Assembly (NCBI GenBank): GCA_021613535.1
Contig: CP075494.1
Span: forward strand, 3,720,001-3,784,000
Direction of reading: 5' to 3'
From: Adineta vaga
Lineage: Eukaryota > Animalia > Rotifera
DNA: 64,000 nt
A program made the translations under genes and the position numbers. Shown here piece after piece: positions 1 through 10,976 of the stretch (the first letter of the stretch is position 1; the number at the start of each line of letters is the position of its first letter). The notes under the pieces are model-generated. The model worked only from the letters and a program-made list of their open reading frames with translations. It did no database searches and was not told the origin of the DNA.

Positions 1-361
1 TATGATAGGTTAGAAGAAAGATTTGTATGAAATACACCACCACCATCATTAAATACATTCGATAAATTAGACTTATATGCAAAAGAGCTTAAATCAGGCA
101 ATGAGCAATTAAAATCTCTTAGAGTGAAATGGAAAAATGTATTGAGAGGAACAAAATTAGATCTAACAACATTAATGAGAGAAGCTAAAATTGTTGAGAT
201 AGAAGAAGCTAAAAGAGAATATAATGGGTTACGTATTAAAGAAACTTTCACATCATCTTCGACAATCGTATAAAATTATAAGGCAATTAATAGAAACGAG
301 ACATAGTCAATTCGCTAAGAAAAATTTGAATTTTTTAGCAAAAAAGGCGTACACAATAAAT

Positions 362-784
362 ATATTCTTTGTGATCAAGGTGGAATTTATACACTTGGTA
401 TTCAACCAGGTACCATGATAACGAATAATGTAATCAAAAATGTGTTTAGCTATGCTGCTTATATGTGGGGAATTTATTTAGATGAAGGTTCATCGCATAT
501 TATTGTTTCAAATAATGTTGTGTATAATATTGGTTGGGCTGGTTTATTTCAACATTATGGTGCAAATAATACAATCATCAACAATGTATTTGCACGTACA
601 TCATTAATTTCACCGCCACAACCTGATGATCCAATTCCTGATGGTGATCTTCGTATAATGTCAACTGAAAATCATCTTTCATGGACATTTACACGTAATA
701 TTGTTTATGATACATATCAAGGCACTAATCATTCAATGTTTAAATCTGATTATCCAAATGTATCTGTATCTTTTAATAATAATA
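362..784 (+). repeat. 423-bp near-identical duplicate of an internal part (2817-3239) of the adjacent beta-helix gene; non-functional fragment
   Basis: Direct alignment with offset 2455; I see one difference (CAT vs CAC, synonymous His). ORF 415..798 matches the 741-aa protein until NNN. Confidence 0.95.
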
Positions 785-929
785 CAAATCTGGGTTAACG
801 GATTACGAGGTTAAACGGCGAAAAACGGCATTCGTTTATGCCCGTTTCCGGCACGAATTTAGCCGTTTTTTAGTCGTTTGATGCCTTATACGACGCCGGA
901 AATGGCGCTCGGAATCACTGATCCGGGTA
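785..929. mobile_element. GC-rich MITE-like remnant abutting the duplicated gene fragment
   Basis: Abrupt CpG-rich stretch (aaacggcg, cccgtttccgg) in AT-rich DNA, ending gatccgggta; no matching second terminus found. Confidence 0.3.
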
Positions 930-1336
930 AACCTACGTTATATCCGCGGATTAGAGACGATTTTGTTTTCTAAAATTCAATTGAAAATATAAAAGACCTT
1001 AGACTCTACCCAATATAGAACAATGGCGAACGTATCGAAGAAGTACAAGTGCGTCCGAATGATAATCTAGAATTGAAATAATTCGTTCAATGATTATTTC
1101 TCGACGCTTGTGTTAACTTTGATTTTTCGGTGACCAAAATTTATTGTGATCTTCAATAAATTCATTTTTTGTATATCTTTCAATTATAATGATCGATGTA
1201 AAAAAATATATGTGAATGAAACTGAATTTAACCATATGCTGTTTTATCTTGAATATATTAATAACCTTGAAGCAGTATGCCATTGCATACATCATTTCTC
1301 GTACTTTTAACAAAATATATTAAGAAAAGAAATACG

Positions 1337-3502
1337 ATGATAACAACTCTTCTAGGTCGATTGATGATATTTTTATTGTTCATCAATGAGAATTCGATTG
1401 ATTCAATAGACATTAATCCATCATTGTCGACTGAGTTGTATGTTGTTCCATTTCGAATCTTTCTCAACGATAAAGCAGATGGTTCTATTAATCATCCTTA
1501 TCCATCAATTCAACAAGCACTTGATCATATTGAACGAAATTATCATCATCATGATTATTATGATAGCAAGACAAAGTATCGAATCACAATTCATTTATAT
1601 CCAACTTATCATTTTGTTCAAACAACAATCCGATTACATAAAATCCACAGTCATATGCGATTAACAACGATGAATGATGAAATCACTTCTCTCTATGAAG
1701 AGTTACGAACTTCTAATCCTAATGACTATCATCGATTATCACGTGCTAGCATCAGTGGTGGTATACCAATAACTGATTGGACATCAGCCGGTGATAATAT
1801 ATACAAAGCTACTATTTCACAACCCATCTTTGTCAATCAATTATTTATCAACAATCAACGTATTATTCGTACACGTCTTCCAATGAATCAATCAGAATAT
1901 TTTCAATATGCTGCACCATTACAAGATCCCAATGAAGCTCGATATGGTTTTCAATATGCACGAGGACAATTTGAAGCTTGGCCATTAGATGATGCTATGG
2001 TTGTTGTTTATCATAGTTGGACAACATCACATCATTATATTGATAGAATAGATACAACTAATCAAACAATTTTCTTTACAAATCCATCGAATTCACCCAT
2101 TGGAACATATGTTATTCAAGGACAACGACGATTTCATGTTGAAAATCTTTGTATTTCATTTGTACCAAACTCATTTTGTTTTGTTAATTCAACTAAAACA
2201 ATTTATTTAATGACCGATGGAACATATGATCCAACACAAGTACAAGTAATCACACCAATACAAGAATTCGTCGTTGTTCTTGCTGGTGATGTGAATAATC
2301 CTGTTACAGATATTCTTATTGATAATGTTGTCATAGAACATAGCGCATGGAATATTGATCGATCTGAACAAGCAGATTATCAAGCAGCATCATTTCTAAC
2401 TTATGCATCCGTTTATATTGCAAATGCAACATCAATTCTACTTTCAAATATTGAAATTAATCATAGTGGTTCCTATGGTATTTGGATTAGAGAAGGAACA
2501 ACAAATATCAATCTAATCAATTCGTTGATTACTGATACAGGTGCAGGTGGAGTTCGTATTGGTCAAATGATCACACCTGTAATCATCCCAACGAGTTCAA
2601 TACATATTCTATCCAATGAAATAAGTTATGGTGGAAATGTATTTCCAAGTGGTGTTGGACTTCTTATTCATCGTGCATTTGATGTTATTGCTTCTGATAA
2701 TATTATTCATCATCAACGATATACCGGTCTTTCAGTTGGATGGGAGTGGGGTTATAATCCATCTTATACAAATAATATATTAATTCATGGAAATTATATT
2801 TATAATACGGGAGAACATATTCTTTGTGATCAAGGTGGAATTTATACACTTGGTATTCAACCAGGTACCATGATAACGAATAATGTAATCAAAAATGTGT
2901 TTAGCTATGCTGCTTATATGTGGGGAATTTATTTAGATGAAGGTTCATCGCATATTATTGTTTCAAATAATGTTGTGTATAATATTGGTTGGGCTGGTTT
3001 ATTTCAACATTATGGTGCAAATAATACAATCATCAACAATGTATTTGCACGTACATCATTAATTTCACCGCCACAACCTGATGATCCAATTCCTGATGGT
3101 GATCTTCGTATAATGTCAACTGAAAATCATCTTTCATGGACATTTACACGTAATATTGTTTATGATACATATCAAGGCACTAATCACTCAATGTTTAAAT
3201 CTGATTATCCAAATGTATCTGTATCTTTTAATAATAATATTTATTTTAATCCATATAAAACTTCATTATTATTTGGAATTGAACAAACATCATTTGAAGA
3301 ATGGCAAAACTCGGGACAGGACAATAATAGTTCGATAGCAGATCCATTATTTCTTGGTGATGTTAATCAATGTGATTTTTTTACCATACAAGCAAATAGT
3401 CCAGCAGCTCAACTTGGATTTAAAAATATAACAAAACTTGCAAAATGGACACCAGGATGTCAAATAGATGATACCCACAAGAATCAATTTTATCATTGGT
3501 AA
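1337..3502 (+). CDS. Secreted right-handed parallel beta-helix glycoside hydrolase (GH141-like), bacterial-type, intronless
   Basis: Hydrophobic N-terminus from MITTLL (ATG 1337; ORF open from 1277). Motifs ISGG, QLFIN..R.IRTR.P, VYHSW, DQGGIYTLG and GIYLDEGSS, plus many N-x-I beta-helix rungs. Confidence 0.8.
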   Translation: MITTLLGRLMIFLLFINENSIDSIDINPSLSTELYVVPFRIFLNDKADGSINHPYPSIQQALDHIERNYHHHDYYDSKTKYRITIHLYPTYHFVQTTIRLHKIHSHMRLTTMNDEITSLYEELRTSNPNDYHRLSRASISGGIPITDWTSAGDNIYKATISQPIFVNQLFINNQRIIRTRLPMNQSEYFQYAAPLQDPNEARYGFQYARGQFEAWPLDDAMVVVYHSWTTSHHYIDRIDTTNQTIFFTNPSNSPIGTYVIQGQRRFHVENLCISFVPNSFCFVNSTKTIYLMTDGTYDPTQVQVITPIQEFVVVLAGDVNNPVTDILIDNVVIEHSAWNIDRSEQADYQAASFLTYASVYIANATSILLSNIEINHSGSYGIWIREGTTNINLINSLITDTGAGGVRIGQMITPVIIPTSSIHILSNEISYGGNVFPSGVGLLIHRAFDVIASDNIIHHQRYTGLSVGWEWGYNPSYTNNILIHGNYIYNTGEHILCDQGGIYTLGIQPGTMITNNVIKNVFSYAAYMWGIYLDEGSSHIIVSNNVVYNIGWAGLFQHYGANNTIINNVFARTSLISPPQPDDPIPDGDLRIMSTENHLSWTFTRNIVYDTYQGTNHSMFKSDYPNVSVSFNNNIYFNPYKTSLLFGIEQTSFEEWQNSGQDNNSSIADPLFLGDVNQCDFFTIQANSPAAQLGFKNITKLAKWTPGCQIDDTHKNQFYHW

Positions 3503-4056
3503 AACCACATGAATGTTTATCTTTTGCTTTTTCAAATAAATGTTTAGACTAGTTAAGAACTTGTATTCACAATCGATGATTGTTTTTTCTTTATAACTAT
3601 AGTTGTAATTTGACTGAATAGAAAAAACTCCTTAGAATAAGAGTGTCATTAAAGATGTGAGTGTATATATTAAGTATGTTTTATATATTCACCCTCATTG
3701 CCTATGATATATAGTTCACTTACCTTGCAAGATTAAAAAACAGGTATGTACAATATTAGAATTCGTCATCCATATCATAAGGGTGTGGGTGTGGCTGGAT
3801 CCGATCATATATTCTCATTTATATATACCTTCACTTCAATCTCACCCACACCCACCCTTACTCCTCAAGAATCACCATGAAAGAATCGTTCAAAGAAGCT
3901 CACAATAAAGACAATTCGTGAGATCAATATAAAAATATGTTCAAAAAACGGTTATATAACTTCAAAATCGTGAACTCCTTTTTATTAAATAAACAATAAA
4001 ATATGAAAGCAAATAGGTTTTTATTCGTATACTAAACTAAATTATATTATATGTAA

Positions 4057-7000
4057 TCAAACTGATGCTGAACATTCAAGATATTTTGGATTAAATGATT
4101 CAAATGGATATTTTCTTGTTTTATTTCGTTGATCAATATCTTTCGATAAGTTTCTTAATTGATGTTTGAAATTTTCATAATTCTTTAAATTTTTCTCATA
4201 ATATTGATTATGTTTAATTAAATGATTCCAATCTTCTAATAAACCAGGCATACGTACACCAGTAACAACAGTCAAAATAAGTAATTGTGTATAAGTTTGA
4301 ATATTTTGAATTTCTTTTCCATCTTGTAATTTTGTTCCAATAAATCTTGGATCAATGACATAATCACTCATTTGTCCAACATGTTCATGCATACCTGTAC
4401 TAACCGCAATTAAATGTGATAAAACATCAATAAAACGTTTTAATGATATAATACCTGGTATTCCAAGTTGTTTACATAATTTATCAATAAATTCTATAAT
4501 ATATGAATCTATCGGTAATTTATCATCATCAATATCTTCTTGTATATTATAAGTTATATAAAAGAAATTCTTAACATATTCGTGTATAATTTTCCAAAAG
4601 TTTTCAATATCAAAATAAATTGGATAGACTTTATCCCATTCATCTCTACTTTTCTCATTTTCTTCAGGAGACATTGTTGGCGAAATAAATTCAGGTAATA
4701 AACGAAATTTATAATTCATTGATATATAATCACATACTTTTAAAAATTCATCATAATCAAATGCCCATACTCGATGAACTAAACCATTTCGATTAACTAA
4801 TGACATCGCAGCTTGATAATTAACTGAAACACTATGATATGTAAATGGTTTTAAAAATAATCTTAATGGATGATCAATTGGTAAACATTTTCGTGTCGCA
4901 GTTACAAATGTATTACATTCAATCATATGTGTAACAATCAAATGATCACATATAGTTATATATGCAAAGAATGATGAACGCCAAACATATTTTACATGTT
5001 CCCAAAATTGATCATTTTTTTCAATTAATCGATTAGCATGACACCAATAAATCGCAATTAATTGAAAATCTTTATCAAAATATGCTGCCGCTCCATAACG
5101 TTCAAATGGTTTTCGAACACGAAAGATCGATAAAACAGTCATATCATTAACATAAACAGCATTATTTAAAACTTTCTGTTCCGATGTTCCAATACGTTGA
5201 GTATAATGACATGCACAACCGAAAAATGCTAATCGACTCATTGCTTCATCGGAAAACAATTCCGTATAAACAATATTTGGTAAAGGTACGGAAGGAAAAA
5301 TTTTCGTACGCCATGCAAGTGCTTGTTCTAATGTATCAAATTCAGCTGAACAATCATAAAAATCCCATAGTTTACTGTTAACTAACCAACGAGCAAATTT
5401 TCTTAATGGTCCTGCACCATTTGATTTATCTTCATCCCATAATGGAATAAATTTCGCCATATCAATACGAAATATATCGAAATTCTCTGAAGGTAAATAC
5501 AATGGTAGAGTTATATCAATAGCACGTAATGGAAATAAATTTGATTCTTTAATAACCATTTTCATTAATAATCTGACTATTTTTGTGTAAGTATCTAAGA
5601 CTTTCCAACAATGATTTTCTTCTATTGGATTTAATTGTCGAATTTTTGCACTGAATAAAACCATATCTTGTTCATTTTTATTATTTGTTTGTTGAAATTG
5701 ATTATTATCTTCATCAGTTTCGTTAATAATCGGTAAAAACCGTTCAGCAATATATTGAATAATATCAAGAGATAAATCATGTCCTGGACAATAGCGTACT
5801 GGTCGTTTATTTCTATCTGGATTGATAATATCTTCTTCAACACCATTCCATACAAGTATTTTATTTAAATCTGAACGATCTGGTAGAAATTCATCAGGAT
5901 TTTGAAATATGGTTTTATCACGATTTGCACTAACAAGTGAACAATGAATTGGTGTATTTTCTGGTATTTTTATGTGATGATGATTTTGATTTTGAAAAGA
6001 TTTTTCAATTTCATTCACAATTTCATTTGTTGCTAAGATATTCACTGTTGGTACAACTTTATCCAGTCGTGCACATTCTTTTATAAAATTGTGCGGATTT
6101 TTTTTAAATAAACGAACATTCTTTTCCTTATCCGCCCATAATCGATCAATAACAGTAACTGCTAATTTAGCTGGTGCCGGACTGCCTGCTATACAAAATA
6201 CAACGGTAATAAATTTTAAAACTTCTTCACGAGATTTTTTCTTATCAGCTGCCATAAAAGCCGCTTGTAAAGCTGCTCCATTTTCATACCGTGAAAATGC
6301 TTGAAGAAGAGTATAATAACTACGTAAATTTTTTCGTTCAAAATAATGACCATTGAATAAGAAATTCAACCAATTAGGAAAAAATATGAATGGATTTTTT
6401 ACGCAATCAATAAAAGCTAATCGTTCATTTTTGGTTAATTCTCCATTTGTTCCTAAGAAAAACAAGACTTCTCCTACAGCTTGAAAAACTAACTCTTTTG
6501 TTGGCTTTTCATCCATATGACGTGGAACAATTCGTGATAATTGAAGTTCAATTTCAAAAGTTCGATTTTGTAAATTATGTGGAAAAGCATGTAACCATTT
6601 GAATATAATCTTACGACCTAATTCCATATCTGGATCATCGGTTGAAAGAAATATTGTTGTAAAATTACAGAATGTTTTCAATGATTGTGAAATATCCCAA
6701 GCTAATAATTCATAATCTTTACGTGGTGGAATATCTTGAATATATCGTTTAACTAATTCATAGGAATTAACAGCAATACCATTACCGAAAACAAAATAAG
6801 GAACATGATAAATTTTACGAAAATATTCTTCTAATGATAGAAATAAATGAACAGGCTGTAAATAATTTGTTATATATTCAATTATTGTTGCAAATTGTAA
6901 AAGATAAGATTTGAAATACCATGTAAAATTTCTTTTATCTACTGTTGTTTGAATTAATGTTAATCTCATACTTGCTGTTAGATGACGAACAGATATTGTT

Positions 7001-7725
7001 GATGATGGATCTTTATAAATCATTTGACAATAGATTCTCAAACCAATATAAGCAGGTACAACAATAATGAATAGAGTTATTAATCCAATGATACCAAGTA
7101 GAAAATAATATATCGTACTTATTGGTTCGGGTAATTTGTCACCGAATCGAACTACATGTGGAGCAAATATTTGATTGACGTGAGAATTTTCACTGAAACT
7201 AGCACTATTTTTTATACGACATTGAACTTTAGTTCGATATTCTTTCAAAAATGAATACTTTGCTATGATATAGCATAGAAAACCGAATGGTGCTGCTATA
7301 TAAGTGATTAAGACGATAATAGTAAAAATAAATCTTTCAGATGTCCATGATTTATTTATATGATATGTACCACATGATGTATTTTTATCATTGCAAGTGA
7401 AAGTGTGTCCTGTATAGAAATCAGATACCATCCATTGAGCAATCCATAGATCCATTAGATAAAAATGATTTCTTGTAATCATAATCATAAACAGATCTTT
7501 TAATGATGTGTTCCAAGTTAGTAAATGAAAAAAACTGAATTGTGAATTATTTGTATCTCGAACAAATAACATTAAAGTATATTCAATTGATAAGAATAAA
7601 GTGGGTAAGAAAATGAAATATTTGGAAATTTTATTCAATGGTGCAAATATTAATGCAAACCATCCTATTTTGATAATATTATCCAAATTGATTGCATTGT
7701 CGGATGTCCAGATGTTGAATAGCAT
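4057..7725 (-). CDS. Fusion protein: ABA4/DUF4281-like membrane domain + CYP74-like cytochrome P450 + lipoxygenase
   Basis: N-terminus GWFALIFAP...HFYLMDLW...APFGFLCY. P450 motifs KECAR (ExxR), ANRD..F.NPDEFLPDR and WNG...RYCPG (Cys646). LOX motifs DHLIVTH, LPIDHPLRLFLKPF, TGMHEHVG and terminal LECSASV. One uninterrupted ORF. Confidence 0.85.
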   Translation of the reverse strand: MLFNIWTSDNAINLDNIIKIGWFALIFAPLNKISKYFIFLPTLFLSIEYTLMLFVRDTNNSQFSFFHLLTWNTSLKDLFMIMITRNHFYLMDLWIAQWMVSDFYTGHTFTCNDKNTSCGTYHINKSWTSERFIFTIIVLITYIAAPFGFLCYIIAKYSFLKEYRTKVQCRIKNSASFSENSHVNQIFAPHVVRFGDKLPEPISTIYYFLLGIIGLITLFIIVVPAYIGLRIYCQMIYKDPSSTISVRHLTASMRLTLIQTTVDKRNFTWYFKSYLLQFATIIEYITNYLQPVHLFLSLEEYFRKIYHVPYFVFGNGIAVNSYELVKRYIQDIPPRKDYELLAWDISQSLKTFCNFTTIFLSTDDPDMELGRKIIFKWLHAFPHNLQNRTFEIELQLSRIVPRHMDEKPTKELVFQAVGEVLFFLGTNGELTKNERLAFIDCVKNPFIFFPNWLNFLFNGHYFERKNLRSYYTLLQAFSRYENGAALQAAFMAADKKKSREEVLKFITVVFCIAGSPAPAKLAVTVIDRLWADKEKNVRLFKKNPHNFIKECARLDKVVPTVNILATNEIVNEIEKSFQNQNHHHIKIPENTPIHCSLVSANRDKTIFQNPDEFLPDRSDLNKILVWNGVEEDIINPDRNKRPVRYCPGHDLSLDIIQYIAERFLPIINETDEDNNQFQQTNNKNEQDMVLFSAKIRQLNPIEENHCWKVLDTYTKIVRLLMKMVIKESNLFPLRAIDITLPLYLPSENFDIFRIDMAKFIPLWDEDKSNGAGPLRKFARWLVNSKLWDFYDCSAEFDTLEQALAWRTKIFPSVPLPNIVYTELFSDEAMSRLAFFGCACHYTQRIGTSEQKVLNNAVYVNDMTVLSIFRVRKPFERYGAAAYFDKDFQLIAIYWCHANRLIEKNDQFWEHVKYVWRSSFFAYITICDHLIVTHMIECNTFVTATRKCLPIDHPLRLFLKPFTYHSVSVNYQAAMSLVNRNGLVHRVWAFDYDEFLKVCDYISMNYKFRLLPEFISPTMSPEENEKSRDEWDKVYPIYFDIENFWKIIHEYVKNFFYITYNIQEDIDDDKLPIDSYIIEFIDKLCKQLGIPGIISLKRFIDVLSHLIAVSTGMHEHVGQMSDYVIDPRFIGTKLQDGKEIQNIQTYTQLLILTVVTGVRMPGLLEDWNHLIKHNQYYEKNLKNYENFKHQLRNLSKDIDQRNKTRKYPFESFNPKYLECSASV

Positions 7726-8442
7726 TGCAGAGAAGAACTTTTATATTTGCGTATTCTGTCCGAAAATGTTGAGAAACAACTGAACAATAAATATGTGTTT
7801 TCGACATTTAATCTTTTATTGTTTTATATATATGGTTTCAACTCGTAAATAATCAACATAGACTGAGAGAAAAAAGATAGATAAAATTGTCTATTAACTT
7901 ATTTCATAATAAACTACATTCATTTTTTTTGCATTCAACATATAGTATCTATAAGAATATCATAAAAATTTCGCTTATATATGGTTCGATATTTGATATA
8001 AATACCGTACTGTATTTTTATATTGTCGTTTTATAAGCAGCTAGTAAAGACGGTAGATCCGTCTGGCAAGTGAATACTTTCTAGTATATGATGATTATAC
8101 AACGTATTATAAAAAGAAAAATCATGTCTAAAAGATTGTGTTTATTGCCATCCCCTAGTATAAGATAAGTTTATGGATAGAGAAAGGACGTTTTATTTCG
8201 CATTATATTATTTTTATTTTGTTTTCTTCAGTTCGTTTTTTATCTAGTCGAAATCTTCGATGTATATACTTCTTATGCTGGAAAGTGCACACCCTAATAA
8301 TAGTACTCATCAGTATCGAATTTGGATTATTCAAATGAATAATATACGAATTGTTCACTTTGCAGGGACTGAGAAGTAGTGGAATATTTTTTATGCAATA
8401 AATGAATGTTTCGTAGTCAGCACTATAGGCTCACAGTTCTGT

Positions 8443-9484
8443 CTAAAATCGATTTTCTTCTAGCTGTGTAGTATTTATTTGCCGTTCGATTTTTCCATGT
8501 TCCATTGGTACAACTCGATTGTGATTGTAATTTATTGTATCGAAAATCAGTGTCTTAAATTGTGGTGTCATAATTACCAGTGCAATACTAAATATCATTA
8601 CACCTACAGCTGGTAGCATCCATTGAATTCGGTACATATAATACGAACCTGATATATTTGGATCAATATTTACCATTAAAGTGAAAATACAATTAGGTAT
8701 ACCAGGTAAAGTCAACGTATTGACAATAAATAAGATACGACGAATGACAGTAAAATCACGATGAGCCCTTTTCATCTGTCGAGTTTGTAACAAGTTAGAT
8801 GTTTGATGACGAATAAAAAACATTAAACGAGTATAGATTATGCTTAAAAAAATAACCGGAGAAATATACATAACTACTCCTGAATACATAAGAGCACCAA
8901 AATTTCCGTAGACCATGCCACAATAATAATCATATTTGTACAGTGCATAGATCATATTTGGCCAAAGATATGGTGGTAAGAGAAGAAGAAAACACATAAT
9001 CCATTGAAGTAGTATGCATATAATATAAAATGAGAATGACTATTAAAACAAAAGGTTAGTCCATAAGAAATTCATATTCAAATCTATGACACTGCTGATT
9101 AAATACATCCGTACATACCTGAAAAATTCTTTGTTTGGTGTAAACTACTCTTGTAAATCGATAGAATGCTTGAAGAACAAAACTCATATAACAGCAGGCA
9201 AATGTTACGTAGATGAGAAAACCTTGTAAACGACATGCATTTAATTCATTTGTATTCAAATCTATAAAACCATATAGATCTGCTTTGAATACATGTATAT
9301 TTACGAAAAAAACCATAAAAGAAAATACAAACATAGCCATGTAGGTATTAATCATAAGAAGAAAAATAATATCTTGATTGTATCGAATGTAAATAAACAT
9401 GATTAATAGTAACGTGACTGCAACTAACAGTGATAAACCACTACTAATCAAAGTTATAAAAGTAAAAGCGACATTGGATAGCAT
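8443..9484 (-). CDS. Rhodopsin-like 7TM GPCR, 2 exons (intron 9040-9118)
   Basis: Seven hydrophobic segments; C-R-L-Q-G and LQAFYRF (DRY-equivalent); the GT-AG intron joins the two ORFs in frame. Confidence 0.85.
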
Positions 9485-10976
9485 AATTTTGTTCAGTATA
9501 TAGAAATTGATTATGATGACGATATTGCGACTCTTAGTAACTATATGTAAGATAGAAATAATTCAAAATATAATAAGATAAAAAGTAATATATAAATAGA
9601 TGTTAAATCAAAACCAGAAGAAGTGTATCTGTCATCTTGAGATATGATTAAGATAATCTCGTATACGTATCATTCATTTATTTTGGATAGAATATATACA
9701 TGTAAATGGCATGTATAGGTGAAATACTTTTTGAGTACAAAAGAAAGCTAAAAAAGATTCAAGTTTGATTTATTCACAACTGGTTATTTTCAACAAATGC
9801 AAGACGTAAAAATATCTTGAAATAGAGGATTTTAAGCAGAGTTGTCCAATTTTCTTCTCGTAGATAATTGTAATTCTTTCTTGTAAAAATAACACAAGTG
9901 CGATACGTGCGTAAATGTAGACATTGGATCTCTTGTGCATCTTCTACGCTCATTGACAACAACATTCAATCATCCATCTTTGATCAACTTTAGTGTTGAC
10001 ATTTTTTTTCTTTAAATATTTATTATGTAAATTGTGTCTTTCTTCGTCTTAACGGCGATATGCAGCAAAATATACAAATGTATGGTTCCCTAGGAGAAAA
10101 AAGACGGAAAGAAACATAAATTTTTGAAAGACAAGTTTTTCTCGATTCTGTTCGCTTGTCGGCTATGCAACAGTAATTTATATTGTCATAAACAAAGACG
10201 TCTGTTTTTAAAATATTTTAAGATATAAACCTAAATAAAATATATGAAATGAGAAGGTTTTTTAATCATCTATTCGATTTAGAAAATTTCTATTAGTTAA
10301 ATTTAAAGAAACAGAGTTGATATAGACTATAAATATGGAAATACGGTTAAGAAAAAAGCTTTCTTCTTCATATTCGCTTTTCGATGATAATTAAAGTTAA
10401 AGTTAAAATGATAGTTGATTATTTCTCATTTAAAAACGATGCTTAGAGAAAAATCTGTAAGTAACAAGTAAGTAAATATTAGAGTTATGCATGAAAGAGA
10501 ATCACAATAAGTCATACACACACATATATATATATATATAACCTTGTTTTTTAATTACATTGGCATCCCAAATAAGTAGAACGAAATTCTATAACATTAT
10601 TTAAAACAGAATGTCCTATTTTTAATCAAAGAATTTAATTGATATCGCAACTTAACAATTTTAGAGTGTTAATACCTATGACCACTAAATTTAAGTACCC
10701 GTAGATTATTTGCACTTGAAAAAAATCATTAAGATCAATGTTCTTTTATTAAAAATCCCATCTGCGTTTATTTCTTTTCGTTCTTATCGAATTTAAAAAG
10801 TCATTCGATAAATATTGAAAAAATGCATATCACAGCATACGCAGCAGAATCACTTTTTTTTTCTTTACATTCTATCGATTGAATTAACAATCATTTCACA
10901 TTTTCATTGTAATCATAACATAGTGAAGATTTCCTCTGATTTTCTTTCGGAAAATTAATCAACTTGACCCATTACC

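Noticed and set aside
10516-10540. (CA)n(TA)n tract upstream of the NRPS
   Set aside because: Ordinary short microsatellite
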